From: an uncultured virus (IMG/VR IMGVR_UViG_3300047576_000059)
Taxonomy: Duplodnaviria > Heunggongvirae > Uroviricota > Caudoviricetes
Reading direction: 5' to 3' (one strand)
Length of the DNA: 20,000 nt
IMG/VR virus record: IMGVR_UViG_3300047576_000059
In this document: positions 9,207-17,491 of the stretch, piece after piece
Layout of the letters: each line of letters begins with the position of its first letter
How positions within the stretch are numbered: position 1 is the first letter of the stretch
Translations under genes and position numbers: made by a program
The notes under the pieces: model-generated
What the model was told of the DNA's origin: nothing
The model's database searches: none
What the model saw: only the letters and a program-made list of their open reading frames with translations

Positions 9207-12200
9207 TTACCGAGGTCCCTGGTTTTGCCCGATTTGCTTCCAACCGTTCGAGATTATCGTGGCACCAGCGCCAGAGTTGATTACCTGATAACCCGCCGCC
9301 GTTCCCGCCGCCGCGTTCACGAATGGATTGCCGCTCAACAATACACCGGATGAATCATAAAGCCCGAGGGCACTCGACCCGTTGGACCAGCCAAACGGAG
9401 AAAACGGAAACGAACCGGTCGCCGTGTAGTACCAGTTCAGCCCTAGGGTGGGGAAAGTGCTATCGCCCGAGCCGCCAAACATCAGACCTTGCGGGGTCGG
9501 AGCGGTGCCGCTTGCGTTATAGGTAATGTTTCCACCAGTGGTGACACCGTTGACGGTGCCAGGGCCGAATGTGATGTTATCGCCGGTTCCGGCACCGCCG
9601 CCTGGCATATACCATGAGTAGACGTTTTGATTGCCATCGGTCACCTGACTCGGGCACGCAGTTGAATCGAAAATGTTGTTGGTGATGAGGTTGTTCTGGC
9701 CACCATCATTGACCGTGATGCCATTCGTCCAGATGCCGAACGCGATATTTCCCGCGACTTTCGCCGCCGAAGTGCTATTGTCGAGATAGAGTGCTTCATC
9801 CCCATTGCCGCAACCTCCATTGGTCACATTACTGACCATGTTCTCCGTGGCGTTGAGGGTGCCAATGGGCAAACCGGAAATGTTGTTGGTGTCATACCAT
9901 CCGAGATAGATCGCCCCGCAATCTGAGTTACCGGTGCAGATGGTGTTGACGACATTGAGATCATAACTGAATGTCATCGAATAACCGCCGAGGCCAGACG
10001 CCCCGGAAGCCCCGGTGATGCCAAACCCAGCCAGGCGCTGAACGAAATTGTGACTGACATCATAGTTCGTCCACCAATCCCATACGGATGTGCCACCGCC
10101 CGCGCCATTGCATGTCGGATCATCGCCGTTGCTCGCGGCCCCGCAGGTATTGTAGAGGTCCTGAAATGTGTTGTCGGTTTCAGTGAGATTGGTTGGATTG
10201 TAATCGTAATAACCACCACCATAGAAATGCTGAAGGGTCAGTCCTTGCCGAGTCATCCCCGTCACATAAGAACCACCGGAATTCGCATAACCGCTCTCGA
10301 ATGCCACGAACACGCAACCGGCAATATCAGGCACGGGAACGTTGCCAGACGAAGAAGGACAGCCGCCGTCAATGACGGGTGTATCTCCCGGCCATGCCGC
10401 CCAAACTTCTCCGTTGTCGGAAGCGGTCTGACAGATCAAGGCATTCGGAATAAGACCGTCACTTCCGCCGCCGTTATGCGTCGTAAAATTGCAGGTTGCC
10501 GGATTGTTGGTTGTCGTGAAATTTCCGCCCGTGCTTCTCAAGAAAATCGTCTTGTTGGAACCACCTTGCGCGGCTGTCTGGGCTTTCGGTAATGTGGCGA
10601 AGCACGATGAAGTGGGAGAACCAGTGCTGGCGATCCCGGAATTGCTGTCGCTGCCGCCAACGTCCACGCAATAAGCATTTCCTGGAGAATAGGTCAGGCC
10701 AGCGATACTTTGCAAATTCGCGCCAGTCAGAGTGGCGTTCACATTGGATGAGTTCTGAATCGTCGCGCCATTCAGGTTGATCGCTGATGATGAGGTGCTG
10801 ACGGTGGCTTCCGCCTGACCGCCCCATACAGTATGTCCAAAATACAGCGTGCTCGTTCCGCTTCCGCTTCCCTTTCCTCCACAATGTTGGGCATAAGTGG
10901 GCTTCGTTCGTACGCCATCAACATCATCACAGAGATAAGCAATGCTTGGGACTGGAGACGTGGCGAGATTCAGGCGAGGATGCCATGATCCACCCACCGT
11001 CACTGCGGTATTGAAATTAACAGAATATACACATACAGTACCAACGCCGGATACGGTTCCGGAACAAGACGACGTGATCGATGAGACCGTTGGGCCACTA
11101 CCACCGCCATTGCCGCCGCCGCAATTTTCCGAGCAATACGAATATTTGAAGGCGACGAAGCCGTAGCCGCCATTGCCTCCGGCTTGTGCCGAGCCAGCGA
11201 CTGTTGCACTTCCACCACCGCCGCCGCATGCGCCGTTTCCAGGAATCGCCGTGATGAATCCCGTGGCTCCGCCACCACCGCCGCCGGAACCATGGATCGA
11301 ATCCCAATTTCCTCCACATCCACCATTGCCAGCGTTTCCCGTGGTGCCAGAACCAGCACCGCCACCACCGAGGGTTCCGTTGCCGCCTGATGCAGTTGTC
11401 CCGACTCCTGCACCACTGCCCAGGAAGTCCTCGCCGCCGTTGCCGCCCGTCGATGACGTGCCGACTGAGCCAGCGGTGCCACCATTGGCCCCGCCACCGC
11501 CTGATCCCGGTGATGGTGATATGTTGCTGCCATAGCCGTTACCGCCATTGGCTCCGGCTCCGTTTGGTCCGGCTGCGCCGCCACCACCTGGTGCTCCGGC
11601 TTGTGGCATCGTGCCCGAGGAACCGCCATTGTATGTCAACGCACCGATGGAATTGGCTGCCAATCCTCCGGTGCCACCGGTCGTGTTGCCACCAACGCCA
11701 AAGTCGGCACATAAGGGCGCGCTGACAGCAGCCGCTGCTGAACAGGTGCCATAGGTGCTGGCGGTTCCACCAAATATCGCGGCTTGAGCACTGGTGCCGG
11801 GATTGAATGACGCACTCGCGGCACCACCAACACCAGGAAGGCCCGCTGAAAATGGGACGACCGTCCCAGGTGACGTTGAGAATGTGGTGATTTTCGCATA
11901 TGCGCCACCACCACCAGCGGCCAAATCTCCGGAATAATCGATGGTATTGGTCGATCCATTCGAACCACCGCCGCCGCCAGCGACTGCTTCAACTGAGAGT
12001 GTCGCGACATAGTTGGCGGGCACGATGAACTGTGAGCCGCCCATCACGTAATTCCACGAACACGTGCCGTCGACTATTCCGGTGCCAGTACCACTCGGAC
12101 CTGACCCGGTCGCCGCTGACACACATGATGCGACAGTCTCGACATACGTGCTGTTGGCTGAAGAGTAGGTATAAACATAATCTGTGCCGTTCGTTCCGGC

Positions 12201-12362
12201 TTCATACGGATAGTTGTTCTGCCATGTGGAAAAATAATCGGTGGTCGTGCTAAGAACGACACCTCCGCCAAGTTGCGTGAAACCAGCGGGGAGACCAATC
12301 TGGGCGGTTGCTGATGTGATGACGAATAAGCAGGAAAGCAGGAAGAATATTGACTTTTTCAT
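9207..12362 (-). CDS. glycine-rich, Cys-containing beta-helix protein with N-terminal signal peptide (fibre/adhesin-like)
   Basis: MKKSIFFLLSCLFVITSATA-Q; AGGGGG/GGNGG glycine-rich region; YCVDVGGSDSNSG...FATL.KAQ and C-terminal parallel beta-helix-like repeats. Confidence 0.75.
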   Translation of the reverse strand: MKKSIFFLLSCLFVITSATAQIGLPAGFTQLGGGVVLSTTTDYFSTWQNNYPYEAGTNGTDYVYTYSSANSTYVETVASCVSAATGSGPSGTGTGIVDGTCSWNYVMGGSQFIVPANYVATLSVEAVAGGGGGSNGSTNTIDYSGDLAAGGGGAYAKITTFSTSPGTVVPFSAGLPGVGGAASASFNPGTSAQAAIFGGTASTYGTCSAAAAVSAPLCADFGVGGNTTGGTGGLAANSIGALTYNGGSSGTMPQAGAPGGGGAAGPNGAGANGGNGYGSNISPSPGSGGGGANGGTAGSVGTSSTGGNGGEDFLGSGAGVGTTASGGNGTLGGGGAGSGTTGNAGNGGCGGNWDSIHGSGGGGGGATGFITAIPGNGACGGGGGSATVAGSAQAGGNGGYGFVAFKYSYCSENCGGGNGGGSGPTVSSITSSCSGTVSGVGTVCVYSVNFNTAVTVGGSWHPRLNLATSPVPSIAYLCDDVDGVRTKPTYAQHCGGKGSGSGTSTLYFGHTVWGGQAEATVSTSSSAINLNGATIQNSSNVNATLTGANLQSIAGLTYSPGNAYCVDVGGSDSNSGIASTGSPTSSCFATLPKAQTAAQGGSNKTIFLRSTGGNFTTTNNPATCNFTTHNGGGSDGLIPNALICQTASDNGEVWAAWPGDTPVIDGGCPSSSGNVPVPDIAGCVFVAFESGYANSGGSYVTGMTRQGLTLQHFYGGGYYDYNPTNLTETDNTFQDLYNTCGAASNGDDPTCNGAGGGTSVWDWWTNYDVSHNFVQRLAGFGITGASGASGLGGYSMTFSYDLNVVNTICTGNSDCGAIYLGWYDTNNISGLPIGTLNATENMVSNVTNGGCGNGDEALYLDNSTSAAKVAGNIAFGIWTNGITVNDGGQNNLITNNIFDSTACPSQVTDGNQNVYSWYMPGGGAGTGDNITFGPGTVNGVTTGGNITYNASGTAPTPQGLMFGGSGDSTFPTLGLNWYYTATGSFPFSPFGWSNGSSALGLYDSSGVLLSGNPFVNAAAGTAAGYQVINSGAGATIISNGWKQIGQNQGPR

Positions 12363-12387
12363 GAACCATTCTTAAACCGGAATGGTC

Positions 12388-12395
12388 TATTTATA
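12388..12395 (-). promoter_or_regulatory. T4-consensus late promoter TATAAATA with hairpin 12365-12386
   Basis: Exact T4 gp55 consensus upstream of ATG12362. Confidence 0.75.
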
Positions 12396-12397
12396 TC

Positions 12398-13012
12398 TCA
12401 ATATATCAGAGCATCTATGCGCTTGTATTTTATGTTGAAGGCATTCATCACGATCTCGACTTCTCGCAGACACTGATCGCGGCCACCGCCAACCAGATAA
12501 GCACCGCTGAATTTCTTCAGTTGAGCGATGGAGATGTCTGGTGTGATCAAAGGGTCGTACAAGACAAAGTCTTGAAAATCGTTCCCGAGAAAGTCGCGGA
12601 AACCCTGTTCGTAGGTGTCTGAATTCTCGCCACCAAACAACCGACGACTATCGTTGATTCTGCTCTGATACATGAGACGCAAGGTCTTGATGATACCTGC
12701 CGGAGAAATCCCCTCGTCCATCCATGCTCTCAGGAAGGCGTAGCCCTTATCGACGATCTGCACGCGTGACCAGTTCTCTTCGTCGAATCCATAATCGTCC
12801 CAGAACATTTGGATGTCCTGAACGGTATCTCCGGAAAGTTGCTGTGCCTCGGCGTTCACGAACATCAGCACGGGGCCGGTCTGACTGTTCACGAACCGTA
12901 TTATCCTTTCAAACACCGGACTTTCATCGCCATACTTGTAATATTCCGGTTGTACGTCGACCACGATACAAGGATGCGCCGAGCCTTCCCATATTTCCTC
13001 GAACCGCATCAA
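12398..13012 (-). CDS. isochorismatase/cysteine hydrolase-like protein
   Basis: IVVDVQ motif near the N-terminus, K in VDKGY, and GGGRDQCL, giving a D-K-C triad-like arrangement. Confidence 0.65.
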   Translation of the reverse strand: MMRFEEIWEGSAHPCIVVDVQPEYYKYGDESPVFERIIRFVNSQTGPVLMFVNAEAQQLSGDTVQDIQMFWDDYGFDEENWSRVQIVDKGYAFLRAWMDEGISPAGIIKTLRLMYQSRINDSRRLFGGENSDTYEQGFRDFLGNDFQDFVLYDPLITPDISIAQLKKFSGAYLVGGGRDQCLREVEIVMNAFNIKYKRIDALIY

Positions 13013-13485
13013 CCTTCCTTCTTGATCTGTTCCCGCAACCGTTTCAGAAGCTCGTTGCGATCCTCGACCACGATGGTATGACCATCGGTGGTGCTGGCTG
13101 CCTGCTCCGCGCCAATGACGTGATTGGTGCGTTTCTCTTCCAACACCAGTTTCAATGCCTTAAGCTGAGCGTCGCGTTTTGAATTCTTGGCGCTCATGGC
13201 GTGGCCATACATGATGGCGGCGATCTCGAAGATGCCGCGTTGACGTGGAATGTCGATGTTGTAGGCATAGGACATCAAGTCCCTGGCATGACCAACGATT
13301 TCATCATGCAGGACATCCATGGCTGCGTCGTGATCGCTGCCATCCAACATGGTGGCGCGTGATGTCAGTTCACGCACACCAGAAACGGCTTTCTCGACCT
13401 CTTCTTGTTCGACATCGACGCCTTGTTCAGCGAGAACCTCATCGAGCGGTCGCAGATTGAGGAAATCTTCCAGTCCCTTCGTCAT
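13009..13485 (-). CDS. conserved phage protein, possibly terminase small subunit-like
   Basis: ATGA overlap with the gp4-like gene; helical IFEIA...AK..K...LK and C-terminal DRNELL loosely resemble T4-like small terminases. Confidence 0.5.
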   Translation of the reverse strand: MTKGLEDFLNLRPLDEVLAEQGVDVEQEEVEKAVSGVRELTSRATMLDGSDHDAAMDVLHDEIVGHARDLMSYAYNIDIPRQRGIFEIAAIMYGHAMSAKNSKRDAQLKALKLVLEEKRTNHVIGAEQAASTTDGHTIVVEDRNELLKRLREQIKKEG

Positions 13486-13958
13486 CGTTTGTATCCGAAC
13501 AACTGGTTCTCGGTGACAAATTTGAACTGCCATCCACGTTCGACGCAGTATTTCATACCAGCGGCGAACTTCGCGGCATTGACGATTTGTTTCGCTTGCT
13601 TCACGGATGACACCTTGCCGGTGAATCCACTCAACGCCACTGGCACTTCATCCAATGGCTTGACCTCGATGACCTCGACGTGTTGCTTGCCATGCCGGTC
13701 GATGTACTGCACCCAGAAATCCGGCACGTAGATCGTCCAACTGCCAGGTCTGAGAGGATTCTGATACGGGATGCCGCTAATGCCATTGTGGACATGATTG
13801 GTTGGCAACGATTCATTCATCCAGTGTAGCACGTCAGGACCTTGATCGAAACGCATCATCACCGACCATTCCCAGGAGGATCGGGCGATGATGTTGTTGA
13901 TGTTATTGCCAAGATATTTCTTGGGATTTCTTGGTGTGAAGATGCCTTTGTCAGCCAT
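13482..13958 (-). CDS. head completion nuclease (T4 gp4-like, TnsA-type PD-(D/E)xK)
   Basis: F.PRNPKKY.G...RSSWE...IPY.NP...YVPDF...IEVKP...KF.A...YC...GW.FKFVTE. Confidence 0.9.
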   Translation of the reverse strand: MADKGIFTPRNPKKYLGNNINNIIARSSWEWSVMMRFDQGPDVLHWMNESLPTNHVHNGISGIPYQNPLRPGSWTIYVPDFWVQYIDRHGKQHVEVIEVKPLDEVPVALSGFTGKVSSVKQAKQIVNAAKFAAGMKYCVERGWQFKFVTENQLFGYKR

Positions 13959-13963
13959 GACAC

Positions 13964-13969
13964 TATTTA
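13964..13969 (-). promoter_or_regulatory. late promoter TAAATA, 5 nt before ATG
   Basis: TAAATA-gtgtc-ATG. Confidence 0.7.
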
Positions 13970-13976
13970 GTGTTGG

Positions 13977-15386
13977 TCAGCACCAACTGTCATCGGCGGC
14001 GGGTGTTGGCGGATTGCTGGCCTGGCTCTGTTGCTGCGCCGAGAAACCGGAACTCGGTCCTGCCGCTGGTGCCGGGTCCCATGTTCCGTTGTCAACGCTG
14101 CCAGCGTTGAACCCGATCTGCGACGTTCCGGTTTGTTGCGAATTGAAGACACCCATGGCAGCCGGGGAAAGTGAGATACCAGCCGAGGTCGAAAACGCGC
14201 CTCCACCACCGATTGCGATGCCAGCGAGTGCCGCCTTGGTGACGCCCACGGAATTGCTGAAAGCACCCATAGCCCCAGCCGTCACGGCGGCTGTGGCTTG
14301 GAACGTCGCGCCACTGACACCGAGCCCCACGCCAATCCCGCCATAAACCCCGATACCGCCGCCAATGCCCGCCGAAACGCCGATGTTGAGGGAGGCGGAT
14401 AACGCTGGATTGCCAAGCGACATGTTCGACAGATTGAGTGAGGCTCCGGCGTAGCCGCCGATGGTCAGGGGTCCGAAGGAGAAACTGCCAAACGTGCCCA
14501 ACGCTCCCAGTGAGAGTGAACCACCAAAGCGGAAGCCATACGATCCCGAATAATTCGCCGCGTAAGCACCCGAGGAATACGAGGCCAGCAGTGATTGCAC
14601 CGAGGGATTGGCGGGCAGCAGGCTGGGGATCGTCGCGAACGGCGAAATCGGAACATATCCCCCAGGGACATTCACTGGATTGCCGTTGAACGCGTAGCTG
14701 AATTCCGGGAAGATCGCGGTGGAGACCAGTTGTTGAGGAAAATACTGGATGTTCTCATAGGCGATGGTGGTGTTGATCGTGGAAATCTCGGAATTCGAGT
14801 AGTCCAGATCGTCGGCCTCCCAACCGGAGATTCTTGGGTTGCCGAGATTGTATTGATCGAAATATCCATCGTAGAAGTGAAAAATTTCCAGCCGATTGAA
14901 AAAGAACATGGCGTCGGAATATTCACTGCCCCCGTTATTGGCGGTGAATCCGAAGCCCGTTCCGGCGAAATCCTTGAAATTCGCGTAGGTCGCGTCGTAT
15001 GAATAAGAGCGATTGCTGCCGGATGGACTGGACGAATTGTTGAAGTCGCCGAAGTAGTATCTAGAATAGATCGTCCACATGTTTTGCGCGCAACCATCCG
15101 CGCTGTCATAAAATTGAAGTTTCAGTGGTTCAATTTTGAAACCGGTATGGATTTGGCGTTTCTTGTTGTACTGGTTCAGTTCTTCGAGTTTCGGATTCAC
15201 GTGCGGACGATCCACCGACTTCACGGCGAAGGTCAGGTTCCCGGTGAACACCGAAGCCAGATAGGAACCAGGCACAAACCGCACGATGAATACATTGCGT
15301 TGCCTCGGAAAGCCGCCCTGTTGTGAAAAAGTAAGGGCGGCTTGCGTCGGCGTTTGTAATGTAGGACCAGAGTAAGACCCACTCAT
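13977..15386 (-). CDS. tail-tube-fold baseplate/tube initiator protein with Gly/Ser/Ala-rich C-terminal extension
   Basis: VKSVDRP...NQYNKKR...EPLKLQFYD...NPRI...DLDYS.....I.YE parallels the gp19 fold; ATGA-coupled to the tube gene. Confidence 0.7.
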   Translation of the reverse strand: MSGSYSGPTLQTPTQAALTFSQQGGFPRQRNVFIVRFVPGSYLASVFTGNLTFAVKSVDRPHVNPKLEELNQYNKKRQIHTGFKIEPLKLQFYDSADGCAQNMWTIYSRYYFGDFNNSSSPSGSNRSYSYDATYANFKDFAGTGFGFTANNGGSEYSDAMFFFNRLEIFHFYDGYFDQYNLGNPRISGWEADDLDYSNSEISTINTTIAYENIQYFPQQLVSTAIFPEFSYAFNGNPVNVPGGYVPISPFATIPSLLPANPSVQSLLASYSSGAYAANYSGSYGFRFGGSLSLGALGTFGSFSFGPLTIGGYAGASLNLSNMSLGNPALSASLNIGVSAGIGGGIGVYGGIGVGLGVSGATFQATAAVTAGAMGAFSNSVGVTKAALAGIAIGGGGAFSTSAGISLSPAAMGVFNSQQTGTSQIGFNAGSVDNGTWDPAPAAGPSSGFSAQQQSQASNPPTPAADDSWC

Positions 15387-15959
15387 CCAATGAACGAACT
15401 TGACAGCAAGATTGGTATCGTTGGCATGAGACCACCAGACTGCGTGGCGTTGTCGAACCGAATCGACATTTCGATGGTCATCGCGTCAGCGGTTGAATAG
15501 TCGAATGTCTCATAATTGCACTCGGCCAGGAAGCAACCTTCGAATACCCATTGCTCAAGAATGGTGTCATCGCCGCCATCGAGCGTATTGATCAGCATGC
15601 CGAATTTATAATCAGCGGCGGAAGCCGGAACCGTCTGATCGAAGAAATTCATCTGCTTCTGAAGCTGAGCGCCAACCAATGACGACACGGAATTCGTGAT
15701 GTCATCACGGACGGTGAGCGAGAGCGCCTGCCATTCCGCCTTACCAGCGTAGTAAGCGATGCTGTTGTATGAATGAACCGTGACCGGATTGAAGTTGACG
15801 TTCGGGCGACCAACCGTGGTGACCTGTTGCGTCAACGCGATGGAACCCGAAGGAATGCCAAAATTGGTCACAACGACGTTGAAACGATTTTTGACCTTGG
15901 GCATGAGCATTCCACCCCTCCCACCCGGTCCCGGTACCAAAGGTACACCAAAATTTTGC
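15383..15959 (-). CDS. tail tube protein (T4 gp19-like), exon 2
   Basis: NFGVP...MLMPKVKNRF...QVTTVGRP...YNS..YYAGK..W...TVRDD...YKF...LDG...LEQW...GCFL...YS....I.M.IRFDNA. The open frame extends upstream of TTG15940 to the intron boundary. Confidence 0.9.
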
Positions 15960-16101
15960 CCTTTATTTTCAATAGAGGTCGTTAGACTCTATCCGCTTTC
16001 GCTGCTATACATTACTGTATAGAGAAGACTATATCACCATCCTTTAGTAAGGACGCTACCCGCTTCGACCCACTTGGGTCTACTCCCTTTCGGGATAGTC
16101 G

Positions 16102-16130
16102 TTGAACCTTGATTAAAGTTTTGATATATT
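16102..16130 (+). promoter_or_regulatory. sigma70-like promoter for the intron endonuclease
   Basis: TTGAAC-N17-TATATT with extended TGn; ATG follows 7 nt later with no SD. Confidence 0.55.
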
Positions 16131-16137
16131 CAAGTAA

Positions 16138-16587
16138 ATGGAACACGAAATATTTCTAGCATACGTGGCTGGCATTATGGACGGTGAGGGTTGTTTTAGG
16201 ATTGAGAAAAAACGTCCTAATGCCGCTCAAAAGTCCATCAAGTACACGATGATGATTACCCTTCAGATGGGAGAGAAGGCAGTGATGGATCACATCGCCT
16301 CTCATCTTGAGATTACCCCTCTGTTCATAAATCTACAACAGTGGAAATACAAAGATAATCAACCTCGTCGTCCAGCTTATCGGATTCAGCTTTTTTCAAA
16401 GCGTGCTGCCGATTTTATCCGCCTGATACTTCCTTATCTTGTCGGCAAGAAAGAGCAGGCGAGGTTATGCCTTGAATTCAACGATCTCATAAGCAGCCAA
16501 GTAAAACTCAAACGAAAATTCACGGAAAGTGAACTTGCTATTCGAGATGACTATTATGAGCGTGTTACATTACTTAAGCATATCTAA
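16138..16587 (+). CDS. LAGLIDADG homing endonuclease (single motif), antisense within the intron P6 region
   Basis: LAYVAGIMDGEGCF motif; ILPYLVGKKEQA C-terminal motif. Confidence 0.92.
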   Translation: MEHEIFLAYVAGIMDGEGCFRIEKKRPNAAQKSIKYTMMITLQMGEKAVMDHIASHLEITPLFINLQQWKYKDNQPRRPAYRIQLFSKRAADFIRLILPYLVGKKEQARLCLEFNDLISSQVKLKRKFTESELAIRDDYYERVTLLKHI

Positions 16588-16679
16588 TTTTAACCCTTGG
16601 CTGCTGATTGTCCTTTTCGAGGAGTTTCCAGCAATTCGAGTAGTTCTCAATAATCATTGCTGATTATTGCCCCAAATTT

Positions 16680-16690
16680 AGGGTTGTTAT
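16680..16690 (-). CDS. tail tube protein, exon 1 (ATA ACA ACC CT)
   Basis: TAAGGAG 8 nt upstream; splicing gives (M)TTLQNFGVP, 195 aa in total. Confidence 0.65.
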
Positions 16691-16738
16691 GGCACATACT
16701 CCTTAAAAAAATGTTTCGAGAGCCATTCTCGTTGCAGA

Positions 16739-16744
16739 TATTTA
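16739..16744 (-). promoter_or_regulatory. late promoter TAAATA for the tail tube operon
   Basis: Motif ~35 nt upstream of the TAAGGAG RBS. Confidence 0.7.
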
Positions 16745-16769
16745 GCTAAAAGAGTAATATACGCAGTTA

Positions 16770-17477
16770 ATGAACAATAGCTATTATGTTTACAACCTGC
16801 TGGACCCACGCTACGAACACCATCCGCCCTTTTACACCGGAAAAGGCAGCGGGAATCGGGCAAACATGCACATGCACGAATCAAAGCGAAGACATGAGAA
16901 TCCACGCAAGTATGCCAAAATTCAAAAGATTAGGGCTGCTGGTCTTGAGCCTATCATTGAATATTACGCTACTGATTTGTCAGAGGAAGATGCATACAAA
17001 TTGGAAGCCGAACTAATCATAAAATTTGGAAGAGCGGGGATTGATGAGGGAGGCATCCTTACAAATCTACTCTTGGATGGTCGCCCTCCCCTTAGGTCAG
17101 GTCCGATGTCAGATGAACAGAAAGAGGCGATCAGAAAAGGAAATTCCGGCAAGATACGCACATTAGAACAGTGTGCAGAACTTTCACGGAATAGAAAAGG
17201 AAGGCCCCGTGCGTCTCCGACCGAAGAAACCAAGGAACTCATACGTCTGGGAAACATCGCCGCCAAGGTTGACATCAGGCTATCGGATGATTTGACAGGG
17301 AGGACATTTGGCTCCTACACTGTGGCAGAAAAAAGTCGAGATGAGCGTCCCAGGATACGTGGTGCCAACGGCATATACTGGAAGTGCCTATGTTCATCAT
17401 GCGATAAGGAAAAAGAAGTTCAGCAATCACAATTGATGAAGGGAACATTCAGGATTTGTTGTCCAACCGCATCCTAA
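16770..17477 (+). CDS. free-standing GIY-YIG homing endonuclease with NUMOD3-like repeats and C-terminal Zn module
   Basis: YYVY.L.DP...PFYTGKG...R..H...E..LI...LTN; MSDEQKEAI and TEETKELI repeats; DLTGRTFG..V...WKCLC..C. Confidence 0.85.
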   Translation: MNNSYYVYNLLDPRYEHHPPFYTGKGSGNRANMHMHESKRRHENPRKYAKIQKIRAAGLEPIIEYYATDLSEEDAYKLEAELIIKFGRAGIDEGGILTNLLLDGRPPLRSGPMSDEQKEAIRKGNSGKIRTLEQCAELSRNRKGRPRASPTEETKELIRLGNIAAKVDIRLSDDLTGRTFGSYTVAEKSRDERPRIRGANGIYWKCLCSSCDKEKEVQQSQLMKGTFRICCPTAS

Positions 17478-17491
17478 CAAAGGAACTTAAC

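Larger units (their letters stand above)
15960..16679 (-). ncRNA. group I self-splicing intron (IA2-like), 720 nt
   Basis: P1 CCCU/GGGG with U.G; P2 CAATAATCA-GCAA-TGATTATTG; P AATTGCTGGAAA; Q AATCAGCAG; R GTTCAACGACTA; P7.1/P7.2; P3 CTACTC/GGGTAG; S GATATAGTC; P9 with GTAA loop; terminal G. Confidence 0.93.

Noticed and set aside
15938..15940. TTG start for the tail tube given by the ORF track
   Set aside because: No RBS or promoter; the NFGVP sequence continues upstream to the intron 3' splice site
15960..16110. Hairpin cluster as a terminator or tRNA
   Set aside because: Fully explained as intron P7-P9 elements; no cloverleaf
16687..16905. 72-aa minus-strand ORF as tube exon 1
   Set aside because: It ends at TAA before the splice site and is antisense to the GIY-YIG gene
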